Shown: piece by piece, positions 9,469 through 18,592 of the stretch
Numbering within the stretch: the first letter of the stretch is position 1
Layout: every line of letters begins with the position of its first letter
Translations under genes and position numbers: made by a program
Notes under the pieces: model-generated
The model's database searches: none
Told to the model about the DNA's origin: nothing
Seen by the model: the letters and a program-made list of their open reading frames with translations, nothing else
Assembly (NCBI GenBank): GCA_040217195.1
Contig: JAVJNR010000003.1
Location: forward strand, 783,448 to 847,447
Length of the DNA: 64,000 nt
Origin: Leptospiraceae bacterium
Lineage (GTDB): Bacteria > Spirochaetota > Leptospiria > Leptospirales > Leptonemataceae
Reading direction: 5' to 3'

Positions 9469-10740
9469 ATGTCGGGAAAATTACTGGATTATCAAAAAAT
9501 TAAAGAGGACTTCCCCATTCTGTCCAGCAAGATGAATGGGCAGCCGCTGGTATTTCTGGATAGCGCCGCCAGCTCCCAGAAACCACGGCGAGTCATTGAA
9601 GCCTTTGAAGATTATTACCGCTGCAGAAATGCAAACATCCACCGAGGTGCCTATCGACTGAGTTATGAGGCCACAGACCTCTATGATCGAACAAGGGCCA
9701 GACTGGCCAAATTCATAGGCGCATCGGATCCAGACACAGTAATCTTCACACGAAACACTACCGAAGGACTTAACATTGTAGCCTATAGCTGGGCCATGAA
9801 TGAACTAAAGCCCGGCGATGAGATACTGGTAAGCGAATTGGAACATCATTCCAATCTGGTACCCTGGATGATGGCCGCCCGAAAAACCGGGGCTGTGATT
9901 CGTCATATTCCATTGACTGAAGATGCACGCTACGATCTGACTCGGCTACCTGAAGTAATTAGCAATCGCACTCGAATCGTATCCGTTGCCCATATGTCCA
10001 ATGCAGTGGGTACCATTCATGACCTGCAGGCTATTGGCAAGGCCGCCAGAGCAGCCGGAGCGTTGTTTGTTGTAGATGGTGCTCAGGGCGCCTGTCATTT
10101 GAATGTAAATGTAGAAGAGCTTGATTGTGATTTCTATGCATTGAGTGCGCATAAGATGCTGGGGCCCACAGGTGTGGGAGCGCTATACGGCAAGCGCGAT
10201 ATCCTGGAGAATATGGAACCCTTTCTGGGCGGCGGCGATATGATCCTTACGGTTTCTGCGGATTCCTTCAAGCCTGCACCCCTGCCCATGAAATTCGAAG
10301 CAGGTACACCGAACATCGCAGGCGTGGTTGCTTTTTCGGTGGCTCTGGACTATTTAAGTCAGGTAGGTCTGGAGAATATTCACAATCATGAAGTGGCTCT
10401 TCTGGAATATGGCCTGGATGCAATGAAGAAGATTCCCGGCATCCGGCTGTTCGGTAGCCAGGAGTTAGAACATCGAGGGGGAGTCATAAGCTTTCTTCTG
10501 GAGGGTGTGCATCCCCACGATATAGGCAGTATCCTGGATGAAGAAGGGGTAGCGGTCCGGGCAGGTCATCATTGCTGCGAACCATTCATGAAAAAAGAAG
10601 GCATATCCGGTACAGTGCGAGCCAGCTTTTATCTATACAATGGACCGGAGGATGTGGATGCACTGGTGAATGCACTACTCAAGGTGCGAAGCATCTTCAA
10701 AATGCCTGCGAACAAAGTGCCTGGACCGGCACAGAGGTAA
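9469..10740 (+). CDS. sufS: Cysteine desulfurase SufS
   Basis: FLDSAASSQKP, SAHKMLGPTG (PLP Lys), RAGHHCC (catalytic Cys). Confidence 0.96.
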   Translation: MSGKLLDYQKIKEDFPILSSKMNGQPLVFLDSAASSQKPRRVIEAFEDYYRCRNANIHRGAYRLSYEATDLYDRTRARLAKFIGASDPDTVIFTRNTTEGLNIVAYSWAMNELKPGDEILVSELEHHSNLVPWMMAARKTGAVIRHIPLTEDARYDLTRLPEVISNRTRIVSVAHMSNAVGTIHDLQAIGKAARAAGALFVVDGAQGACHLNVNVEELDCDFYALSAHKMLGPTGVGALYGKRDILENMEPFLGGGDMILTVSADSFKPAPLPMKFEAGTPNIAGVVAFSVALDYLSQVGLENIHNHEVALLEYGLDAMKKIPGIRLFGSQELEHRGGVISFLLEGVHPHDIGSILDEEGVAVRAGHHCCEPFMKKEGISGTVRASFYLYNGPEDVDALVNALLKVRSIFKMPANKVPGPAQR

Positions 10741-10743
10741 AAA

Positions 10744-11181
10744 ATGTCCCTGAGCGAAGATCTATACAAAGAGTTAATAATTGAACACAGCCAGGAACCA
10801 TCCCACCGGGATATTCCTGCAGACCATAATTTACACGAATCTGGAGTAAATCGTAGCTGCGGTGATGAGGTTGAGGTATATCTCAAAGTAGAAGATGGGG
10901 TGATCAAATCCATCGGCATGGGAGGGCATGGCTGCAGCATCTCCACAGCATCTGGATCCATGATGGCCGATGCAGTGGACGGTATGACCGTGGAGCAGGC
11001 CGAAGATCTGATTGAGAAATTCAAATCCATGATCGTGGAAAAGCATCAGATAGATTTTCCCGATGGACTGGAAGATCTGGAAGCACTTCGCGGAGTACAG
11101 CAATACCCAATCCGAGTCAAATGTGCCACTCTTGCCTGGAATGCCCTGGAGCAAGCCCTCCAGAACGCCGGTAAATTGTAA
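10744..11181 (+). CDS. sufU: SufU sulfur-transfer/scaffold protein
   Basis: NRSCGDE, GCSISTAS, RVKCATLAW. Confidence 0.93.
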   Translation: MSLSEDLYKELIIEHSQEPSHRDIPADHNLHESGVNRSCGDEVEVYLKVEDGVIKSIGMGGHGCSISTASGSMMADAVDGMTVEQAEDLIEKFKSMIVEKHQIDFPDGLEDLEALRGVQQYPIRVKCATLAWNALEQALQNAGKL

Positions 11182-11281
11182 TACTGTACCTGGAGACTGG
11201 CATCGCAGCCATTGGCTTTGAATTCGGGCACCGTTGGGCTTTGCACTTGCATTTACAGCCCGGATACCGAAAACTCGCAGG

Positions 11282-12355
11282 ATGTTAAGACGGGCAGGCC
11301 TGGGACTGGCAGTAACGCTGGTACTATATTTCTCTCATTGCGCAACCACCACAACTCTACCGGAAGGCCGAGTATTTCATCCGGTTACGGAAGACGGTTA
11401 TCCGCTCACTCTGGAGCATTTTCCGGCCAGTGCTCAGGCACCTTCTCGCAAGTTTCCCGTAATCCTCTGTCATGGTTTCATGGCCAGCCGTAAATACTTC
11501 AAGATGAATGGAAGCCGGTCTCTGGCAATGGAGCTTCAAAAGCAGGGCTATGATGTCTGGTTGCTGGATTTAAGGGGCCGTCCGGACGCTGGCTCCCCTT
11601 CTGTCTTTTTTGGTGATTACACCTACGACTATAATATGGATGATTACATTCATCGCGATATGGATACGGCCATCTCATTCGTCCTGGAACAAACCGGCCG
11701 CAACGGAGTGAACTGGATAGGTCATAGCATGGGCGGTATGATTGCCTATGCAAGAATCGGTACCCTGAACGAAAGTAGAATCAAGAATCTAATAACCCTG
11801 GGCTCTCCTTTTCTTTTTCAGACTCCCACCAAGAATCTTAACACCTGGAATACACTTGGTATGTGCTCCTTCATGCTTCCTGTACTTCCCATGGGAAACC
11901 TGGCACGAATGGAAAGGCATAGTTGCATATCCCTTTCACCCGATAAATATCTGATGAATATGTTCTGGTATCCGGAGAATTTACCAGAAGGCATGCTGGA
12001 CGATATGAAAGTGCATGTTGCCAATAACATTGCCATTGGCGTAGCAGACCAATTTGCAGATGCCGTAGAAACCGGCGATGTGCGAAGCGAAGATGGACAA
12101 TTGAATTATACCCAGAACCTGAAAAGAATTCGCATACCCGTGATGATTGTCGGTGGCCGACGGGATCACCTGGGGTCTCCCTATATGCTGCGAAGAATCT
12201 ATGAATCTCTGGGCAGCTCCGATAAGACTTTGTTTATCGCTGCTCGCTCCAATGGCCAGCAGGAGGATTATGGTCATACGGATCTATTCGTAGGAATCAA
12301 CGCTCATGAAGATGTGATCCCCGCAGTAACGGAGTGGCTCAATGAAAGAAATTAG
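11282..12355 (+). CDS. Alpha/beta hydrolase (lipase/esterase), probable lipoprotein
   Basis: CHGF oxyanion region, GHSMGG nucleophile elbow, D..., YGHTDL; FSHC lipobox-like; start inferred. Confidence 0.85.
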   Translation: MLRRAGLGLAVTLVLYFSHCATTTTLPEGRVFHPVTEDGYPLTLEHFPASAQAPSRKFPVILCHGFMASRKYFKMNGSRSLAMELQKQGYDVWLLDLRGRPDAGSPSVFFGDYTYDYNMDDYIHRDMDTAISFVLEQTGRNGVNWIGHSMGGMIAYARIGTLNESRIKNLITLGSPFLFQTPTKNLNTWNTLGMCSFMLPVLPMGNLARMERHSCISLSPDKYLMNMFWYPENLPEGMLDDMKVHVANNIAIGVADQFADAVETGDVRSEDGQLNYTQNLKRIRIPVMIVGGRRDHLGSPYMLRRIYESLGSSDKTLFIAARSNGQQEDYGHTDLFVGINAHEDVIPAVTEWLNERN

Positions 12356-13376
12356 AGGCTGGTTTTCAGTGAAAACTCAACAAATAATCATACCTCTGCT
12401 TCTATTCCTCAGCGCTGCACCTGTGATCGCAGAAAGAAATCCAATGGGCTTTCCCGAAGATGGAATTACAGCCACTCGAATCGCAGAAACCGATAAGCTC
12501 ACCGTCTTTCGCCTGGGTGCTCTGCAAAAAGGTCAGGACTCAGTGGCATTGCTCGACCCCATGCTCTTTCAACCGGGCATCCTTGCCAGAGAAGACGGAT
12601 TGATTCAATCTCTACTGGATGATGATCTGAATGTATATCTACTTATGTGGAAATCTCCCGGTGATAGTATCCAGACTGTATTAATGGGAGCAGAGATCGA
12701 AAAGGCCGTTTCCATGGCACGAACAGACTGCGAATGTTCGGATTTTGTTGCCGGAGGAATCTCTCTGGGTGGTCAGCGCTGGTTACCCTATCTGGAGCGA
12801 TTGGAGAGTTCCGACGATATAATGGTCGATAACAGAGGAACTCGAATCCGCTCTGTATTTTTTCTGGGAGCCGGGCTGGATTATTCCTATCCAGGTTCCC
12901 TTTACACAGGAAACCGATATCCCATAAATACGGATCTCTCCCAGAATTGCATGGATCTGGGAGCGCCCTGTCTGGGCTTCATTCCAGGCAGGCACTTTAA
13001 GGCCGGACTGAGGCTCAGAGCCATTCCCCCTGCCCTGGCCCCGGGAGATCTAAGTACCGCTCGAATGTTTCCCTCAATACGAAGGATGACCATTCCTGTT
13101 GCATTTATCTACGGAAAGATCGATGGATTCAGCCCGGAGGAGACCCTGTTTCCCATCTTTGAAATCTGGGGAGAGACGACCTACTTACAGGAGGTTCGCA
13201 AGGAGTACGATCCCTATGATACGGAAAATCCGGTTATGTGGCTGGAAGGTAGTGAGGCAAACCGACTGAATGATTACGATCACTTCGATCTTTTCTTGCA
13301 TCCGGATGCAGATGCTGAATTATACGGTGAATTAACCGATTGGATTGAAGATGCGGAGCGGAAATCAGATCATTAG
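12342..13376 (+). CDS. Secreted alpha/beta hydrolase-like protein
   Basis: Signal peptide; GISLGG elbow; GKIDG; YDHFDLF resembling the upstream paralog. Confidence 0.65.
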   Translation: MKEIRGWFSVKTQQIIIPLLLFLSAAPVIAERNPMGFPEDGITATRIAETDKLTVFRLGALQKGQDSVALLDPMLFQPGILAREDGLIQSLLDDDLNVYLLMWKSPGDSIQTVLMGAEIEKAVSMARTDCECSDFVAGGISLGGQRWLPYLERLESSDDIMVDNRGTRIRSVFFLGAGLDYSYPGSLYTGNRYPINTDLSQNCMDLGAPCLGFIPGRHFKAGLRLRAIPPALAPGDLSTARMFPSIRRMTIPVAFIYGKIDGFSPEETLFPIFEIWGETTYLQEVRKEYDPYDTENPVMWLEGSEANRLNDYDHFDLFLHPDADAELYGELTDWIEDAERKSDH

Positions 13377-14142
13377 AGATGCTTTAAAGTCTGCGGAACT
13401 GGATGAGCAGCTTCAACAGCTAGTGTTTTCCAGTTCTCTGGAAGAAAAAGATCGCAATACCGTGCTCTCCTGGATTCGGGCGGTTAGAGATGAATGTTCG
13501 GCCGCACTGCGCAAAGCCCAGGATTACCAGGACCTGGTCAGCCGAATGAGCGAATTCCAGCTTCGGGCCGGACTATTCGAACTTCTGGCCATTCGAGAAC
13601 CTGGAAGGGCCAGAAAGCAGAAGCTACAGGGCGAACTGCTGGCCCATCTACAATCCTACATACAGGAGCTGGTACAGACCGGAGAGGAATCATCCGAGCT
13701 CATGGGCTCTTTGCGAAAGCAGATGATGGCACTGATTCCAGCACTGAATTTCGCAGACCCGGTTGAAAATCCCAATGGACCTTTGCTGGTTGTAGAAACT
13801 GATTACAAACAGGACAGGTATCAGCTCTCCGAAGATGGAACGGTCTTACAGGAAACCAATCTGCAATCAGCCGATTCCGGCGAAGAGGATAAGGATGCAC
13901 ATGATTCGGATTCCATGGCAACCGTTGCCACTGAGAGCTCTGAAAGCCCTCAAACTTCCGATTCGGATTCTGCAGATCATGAATTGCTTAAACTCAGGGC
14001 TGAGAATCAGGAGTTGAAGCAGAAACTGAACGATTTTCTGGAAGAATGGGGTGAAGGCATTCGCATTGACGGCAAGACAGTGAGTATTCTCACCCATCGA
14101 AAAATCATAGTAAAGAAATCATCCCGGGAACCCTCTGAGTGA
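13345..14142 (+). CDS. Hypothetical protein (helical/coiled-coil with acidic linker)
   Basis: 265-aa ORF overlapping both neighbours in an operon-like arrangement. Confidence 0.6.
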   Translation: MKMRSGNQIIRDALKSAELDEQLQQLVFSSSLEEKDRNTVLSWIRAVRDECSAALRKAQDYQDLVSRMSEFQLRAGLFELLAIREPGRARKQKLQGELLAHLQSYIQELVQTGEESSELMGSLRKQMMALIPALNFADPVENPNGPLLVVETDYKQDRYQLSEDGTVLQETNLQSADSGEEDKDAHDSDSMATVATESSESPQTSDSDSADHELLKLRAENQELKQKLNDFLEEWGEGIRIDGKTVSILTHRKIIVKKSSREPSE

Positions 14143-14954
14143 ATCCAGATCTACCGCCTCTCCTGCCACATCCTACCGAGAATCAAAGGAATCTTTACGT
14201 ATTTCTTTCCAGTATGTTCGTTACCATGCTGGTGCTCACGAACATGCTGGGTACCAAGCTATTCATTCTGTTTCCGAATTATGATCCTCTTTCCGTTGTT
14301 CTAACCTCAGGAATTGTCACATATCCTTTTACTTTCTGGCTCACCGATATAGTCTCTGAAACATTCGGAAAGAGAAAAGCGGATTTGATGGTTGTATACG
14401 GATTTGTGGCCAGCATGCTAATGCTTCTCATCCTGCAGATTGTACAGTCTTTGCCCCCGGCCGAAATATGGAGAATACCCCCTGAATTCGCAGAGACATT
14501 CGCAGACGAATTTCATTTAATAGGCCGCGACGGTCAGCTCCTTGGGGCCAGTTCCACTGCTGCTCAAACTGCATTCACTTTTACCTTCGATGCACCGGGA
14601 TTGTTGCTTTTCGCTTCCATGCTTGCCTATCTGGCAGCGCAACTAACGGATAATTACATGTTTCATTTCTGGCGGCGCTTGACCAAAGGGAAGCATCTAT
14701 GGCTGCGAAATAATGGATCCACAGCTGTTTCTCAGCTACTGGATACCATCATAGTAAATAGTATTTTTTTGACTTTTTACTGGAAGATGCCCTACCTGGT
14801 CCCTACGGAAGATCAGCCAGTTACGGTGGTGCAAGTCATTATGACCACATACCTGGTGAAACTTGCACTGGCCCTTCTGGACACTCCTCTGATCTACGGA
14901 GGGATAATTTTCATTAAGAAGGCCTTTGGCCTGGCTCCCACGGCTCAGTCCTGA
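14139..14954 (+). CDS. Queuosine precursor transporter (YhhQ/Vut_1 family)
   Basis: YPFTFWLTDIVSETFG, LWLRNNGSTAVSQLLDT, ALLDTP. Confidence 0.88.
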   Translation: MNPDLPPLLPHPTENQRNLYVFLSSMFVTMLVLTNMLGTKLFILFPNYDPLSVVLTSGIVTYPFTFWLTDIVSETFGKRKADLMVVYGFVASMLMLLILQIVQSLPPAEIWRIPPEFAETFADEFHLIGRDGQLLGASSTAAQTAFTFTFDAPGLLLFASMLAYLAAQLTDNYMFHFWRRLTKGKHLWLRNNGSTAVSQLLDTIIVNSIFLTFYWKMPYLVPTEDQPVTVVQVIMTTYLVKLALALLDTPLIYGGIIFIKKAFGLAPTAQS

Positions 14955-15025
14955 ATTTCATTCAGACTCATTCACCGGTCAGGTCCTGTTGCCAGCCCAC
15001 CTCGGCATTGAAGTCTTAGCCTCAA

Positions 15026-15288
15026 TGCCATCCGCTATGCTGGTCTCAGTTCCCGGGCTTTATTTCCGTCCGCTCCACTGGTTTCAGGTTCGGGATTTTT
15101 GCCATCCGCGCCACTGATTTCAGATCCGGGATTTTTTGCCGTCCGCACCGCTGATTTCAGGTCCGGGATTTTTTGCCGTCCGCACCGCTGATTTCAGGTC
15201 CCGCTCTCTTTGCCATCCGCGCCGCTCATTTCAGATCCGGGATTTTTTGCCATGCGCGCCGCTCATTTCAGATCCGGGATTTTTACCG
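15026..15288. repeat. 37-bp VNTR, about 7 copies
   Basis: Consensus GCCRTCCGCRCCGCTSATTTCAGRTCCGGGATTTTTT starting at 15027, 15065, 15101, 15138, 15175, 15212, 15249. Confidence 0.95.
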
Positions 15289-15307
15289 GCCGGAGAGATC
15301 AGCGATT

Positions 15308-16081
15308 CTAAGCAGGACTTTGATACAGTTTATGTTTTAAGATGTACGTATGAACGGAAGGTAAAAGACAGTCCATAGCCTGCTGGAAAATCGGGTTTGA
15401 GCTTTCCCCGGTAGCATTGAAATCCTGTGCTGATTGCTTGAGCTGCAAAGCCTTTCGAATCTCGGTGCTGGAACAACCGGGAGGACAGATATCTAGAACC
15501 CTCAGGCTGCGAAGATCGAATTGACGGGCCAGTGTCTGCCTTTCCTGCTCAACTCCTTCCTGTTGACCTTCCCGGCGAAAGACTAGAATTGATAACTTTT
15601 CCAGAAGGTAAGAATGTTCTTTCCATTTTCTCAGCGTGAATAGATTGTCCGCTCCAATTACCAGAACTGGATCCAGGCCTTCTGATTGTAGGTGCTGCAC
15701 CGTTTTGAATGTATAGCTAAGTCCGCCCTGCTCCATCTCAAATGGATCGATTACGATGGATATACCGGCAGCGCGAAAGAATCTTGGCTTCAGCTTCCCG
15801 GGGAGTTCCCTCTCGTCCTGCCTGGTATTGGCCGTATGCTCATCCACTGCTATTTCTGAGCCCACCTTGAATTCGCGAATCATGAGCTCCAGCATTTGCA
15901 GCCGATGATGACTGGCTGCATGACGACGATCTTCTTTGAAGGGAGAAATGGCTGCCGGAACAATTCGAATTTCCTTTACACCGTCGGAATTCGCATTCTG
16001 TACCAGAGCCTCAATTAGAACCTGATGCCCCCTGTGGGGAGGATCGAATGAACCTCCAAAGAGATAGGCCGGAGCGCTCAT
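15308..16081 (-). CDS. nadD: Nicotinate-nucleotide adenylyltransferase
   Basis: GGSFDPPHRGH, SYTFKT, IGADNL, SSTEIR, YILKHKLY. Confidence 0.9.
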   Translation of the reverse strand: MSAPAYLFGGSFDPPHRGHQVLIEALVQNANSDGVKEIRIVPAAISPFKEDRRHAASHHRLQMLELMIREFKVGSEIAVDEHTANTRQDERELPGKLKPRFFRAAGISIVIDPFEMEQGGLSYTFKTVQHLQSEGLDPVLVIGADNLFTLRKWKEHSYLLEKLSILVFRREGQQEGVEQERQTLARQFDLRSLRVLDICPPGCSSTEIRKALQLKQSAQDFNATGESSNPIFQQAMDCLLPSVHTYILKHKLYQSPA

Positions 16082-16109
16082 GAAATACGAATAAGCCTAT
16101 ATCTCAGAT

Positions 16110-17393
16110 TCAGGAGCGAATCTGTCCTTCCCCTTCAAGAACATATGTAGTGGTAGTGAGATCCTTGACTCCCATAGGACCACGAACATGCATTCTACCT
16201 GTGGAAATTCCAACTTCAGCACCCATACCCATCTGCCCTCCATCGTGAAATCTTGTGGAACAGTTGACCAGAATGGCTGCCGTATCTACAGATTCGCGAA
16301 ATACAGAGATGGATTGCTGACTGTCGGAAATGATAGCTTCGGAATGACCGCTTCCATAGCGATCGATGAACTGAATTGCTTCTTCCGTAGAGTCCACTAT
16401 CTTTACTGAAAGCCTTTGATCCAGATACTCGGTGGAATACTCTTCGTCCGGGTTATCAATCCTGCCCGCCTCGGGAAAGAATTCCCGGGTTCGCTCGCAG
16501 CCCAGAAGGATAGCTCCCGCTTCCTTTATCTTCTCCAGCAGCGCGGGAATATGGTTAAAACTACTATGGATAAGCAGATTCTCGATTGCATTGCAAACGG
16601 AAGGTCTTTGCAGCTTGGCATTGACGGCAATTCTGGCCGCGGTTTCTAGATCCGCTGATTCATCTATAAATAGATTACAGACTCCCTTATCATGCTTAAC
16701 CACAGCAATGGAAGTGTTATCGCTCACAGCCTTGATCAGACCGGCTCCTCCCCGGGGAACCACCAGGTCTATGGTATCGCTTTGTTTGAGTAATTCAAAC
16801 ATGAAGTTCCGGTCCGTATCGGAAACAAATTGTAAGCAGTTTCGCGGTAAACCATGGCGCTCCACAGCGCTCACCAGGATCGTATGAAGTGCAATGTTGG
16901 AATGAATCGCTTCCTTTCCGCCGCGAAGAATGGCCGCATTGCCGCTCTTAATACAGAGCGCACCCACATCGATGGTTACGTTTGGTCTCGATTCATAAAC
17001 GGTGAATACAACACCCAGAGGCACTCGCTTCTGAACCATCTTTACTCCATTGCTCAGCGTACGCCCGAGAATTACTTCGCCCACCGGGTCCGGAAAAGCG
17101 GCAATCTCTCGCAGGGAGTCTGCCATGGACTGAATCCTGGAAGTGGTCAGAGTGAGTCTTTCCTTCAAGGCATCGCTAATGCCCATGGCATCCGCCTGGA
17201 TTAGATCCTTTTCATTTGCCTCCAGCAATTCCTGCTGCACCCGGGGTTGCTCAAGAGAGGCAGCCGCATCCAGAAGGATTTGATTGCGTATTGCTGTAGA
17301 TACCTTGCGTATTTCCCGGAAGGATAGTCTGGCATCCTGGCCAAATTGCTCGGCGCTTTTTTCTATGCTCTTATGTTGCGTTGCCGTTTCCAC
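16110..17393 (-). CDS. proA: Gamma-glutamyl phosphate reductase
   Basis: YESRPNVT, SGNAAILRGGKEA, PSVCNAIE, GAEVGISTGRMHVRGPMG. Confidence 0.97.
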   Translation of the reverse strand: METATQHKSIEKSAEQFGQDARLSFREIRKVSTAIRNQILLDAAASLEQPRVQQELLEANEKDLIQADAMGISDALKERLTLTTSRIQSMADSLREIAAFPDPVGEVILGRTLSNGVKMVQKRVPLGVVFTVYESRPNVTIDVGALCIKSGNAAILRGGKEAIHSNIALHTILVSAVERHGLPRNCLQFVSDTDRNFMFELLKQSDTIDLVVPRGGAGLIKAVSDNTSIAVVKHDKGVCNLFIDESADLETAARIAVNAKLQRPSVCNAIENLLIHSSFNHIPALLEKIKEAGAILLGCERTREFFPEAGRIDNPDEEYSTEYLDQRLSVKIVDSTEEAIQFIDRYGSGHSEAIISDSQQSISVFRESVDTAAILVNCSTRFHDGGQMGMGAEVGISTGRMHVRGPMGVKDLTTTTYVLEGEGQIRS

Positions 17394-17485
17394 CCTTACG
17401 AATAAGTAAGCCAGAACCGACCCGTCAATCCTTTATGCCCTGTAAATGGCTTTACTACCGACCTCCGACCGGTCAGGCTGGAAGT

Positions 17486-17932
17486 ATGATCCTGGAAAAG
17501 CGAAGCGTGGCCATGGTAATCGTTCTAAGCCTGGTCACCTGTGGTTTCTATTTACTGTACTGGTACTACAAGGTATATCAGGAGCTCACTTTCCTCACAG
17601 GCAAATCACCCACGGATAATGACTATGGCCTGGACCTGCTCCTGGTCATTATTACCTGCGGCGTCTGGGGTGTGTATGTGGACTATAAGATTTCACTGCA
17701 AATCTTTGAGTATCAGAAGAACCAGGGATTGTTCGCTCAGGACAGCTCCATGGTGGCTGTAGTTCTGGATGTGGTTGGTTATATTTCAGGCTACTTCACA
17801 GGTATTGTATCCAGCGCCATTCATCAAGATCTCATCAACGGATTGATTGATCATGCCTCAGGAAAACCGCCTAGCCGTCCAACAGAGGGAATGAAGCCTT
17901 CAGACCAGTCACCACCATCTCCATGGCAATAG
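17486..17932 (+). CDS. DUF4234-like membrane protein
   Basis: Repeated LSLVTCGFY.LYWYYK / LVIITCGVW..Y..YK helices; start at ATG 17486 inferred. Confidence 0.7.
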   Translation: MILEKRSVAMVIVLSLVTCGFYLLYWYYKVYQELTFLTGKSPTDNDYGLDLLLVIITCGVWGVYVDYKISLQIFEYQKNQGLFAQDSSMVAVVLDVVGYISGYFTGIVSSAIHQDLINGLIDHASGKPPSRPTEGMKPSDQSPPSPWQ

Positions 17933-18485
17933 CACCAATAAACAATGCATTGGTACGCATGAGAATGGCGAAATACTTACCCAGACGAGTCTCTTTCATT
18001 CCAGAGACTCGCTCGAAGATAAGGCAGATCAAGATCACAAATAGAAAGTTCACGGCCAGAACTGCCATGATAATCAGCATGGAAATGTACGGAGCGTAAA
18101 TCTCTCCTAGAAGGATGGAAATCCAGATCGTTCCAGGACCAACCATATAAGGCAATGAAATCTGAGGAGCCATTTCTGAAATATCGCCCCGGAATAAAAG
18201 GTTCGATCCAGGACCCTGGGAAATGTATCGAAAAGCTATAAAGAGCATGATAATTCCACCGAACACCTGGAGCGAAGCCAGCTGTACCTGGAAGACATGC
18301 TGAAGCAGAGTCCTGCCGAAGAATGCGAAGATCAGAAAGATTGCCACGCTAATCAACGTCGCTCTCCAGTGAACTCGAACAAAGTCCTTGAAGGATAGCT
18401 CGTTCATTAATTCAGACAGGTACAGCACCTGAGCAAATGGATTAATCATTACTAGCATTAAGAGAAATTGGTCCAACGGATTCAC
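17871..18485 (-). CDS. MarC family integral membrane protein
   Basis: INPF, GGIIMLFIA, P.SLPYMVGPGTI; GTG start inferred. Confidence 0.85.
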   Translation of the reverse strand: MNPLDQFLLMLVMINPFAQVLYLSELMNELSFKDFVRVHWRATLISVAIFLIFAFFGRTLLQHVFQVQLASLQVFGGIIMLFIAFRYISQGPGSNLLFRGDISEMAPQISLPYMVGPGTIWISILLGEIYAPYISMLIIMAVLAVNFLFVILICLIFERVSGMKETRLGKYFAILMRTNALFIGAIAMEMVVTGLKASFPLLDG

Positions 18486-18592
18486 CCTGAAATGTTCTCT
18501 GGTCCATATCAGGAAACCCCACAATCAGGGCTTTCCTTTCTCTGGCCAGGGCCTGTCTAAAACCGGAAAGGTCGAAGGGAAGGAATTTTGAG

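Noticed and set aside
14080..14139. preQ1 riboswitch ahead of the queuosine-precursor transporter
   Set aside because: The start codon overlaps the upstream stop, leaving no leader, and no motif was recognised.
15026..15288. CRISPR array (37-bp repeat length)
   Set aside because: Repeats are directly adjacent without spacers and are degenerate.
15136..15378. 80-aa ORF in the VNTR
   Set aside because: Translation of the repeat with a shifting frame; overlaps nadD on the opposite strand.
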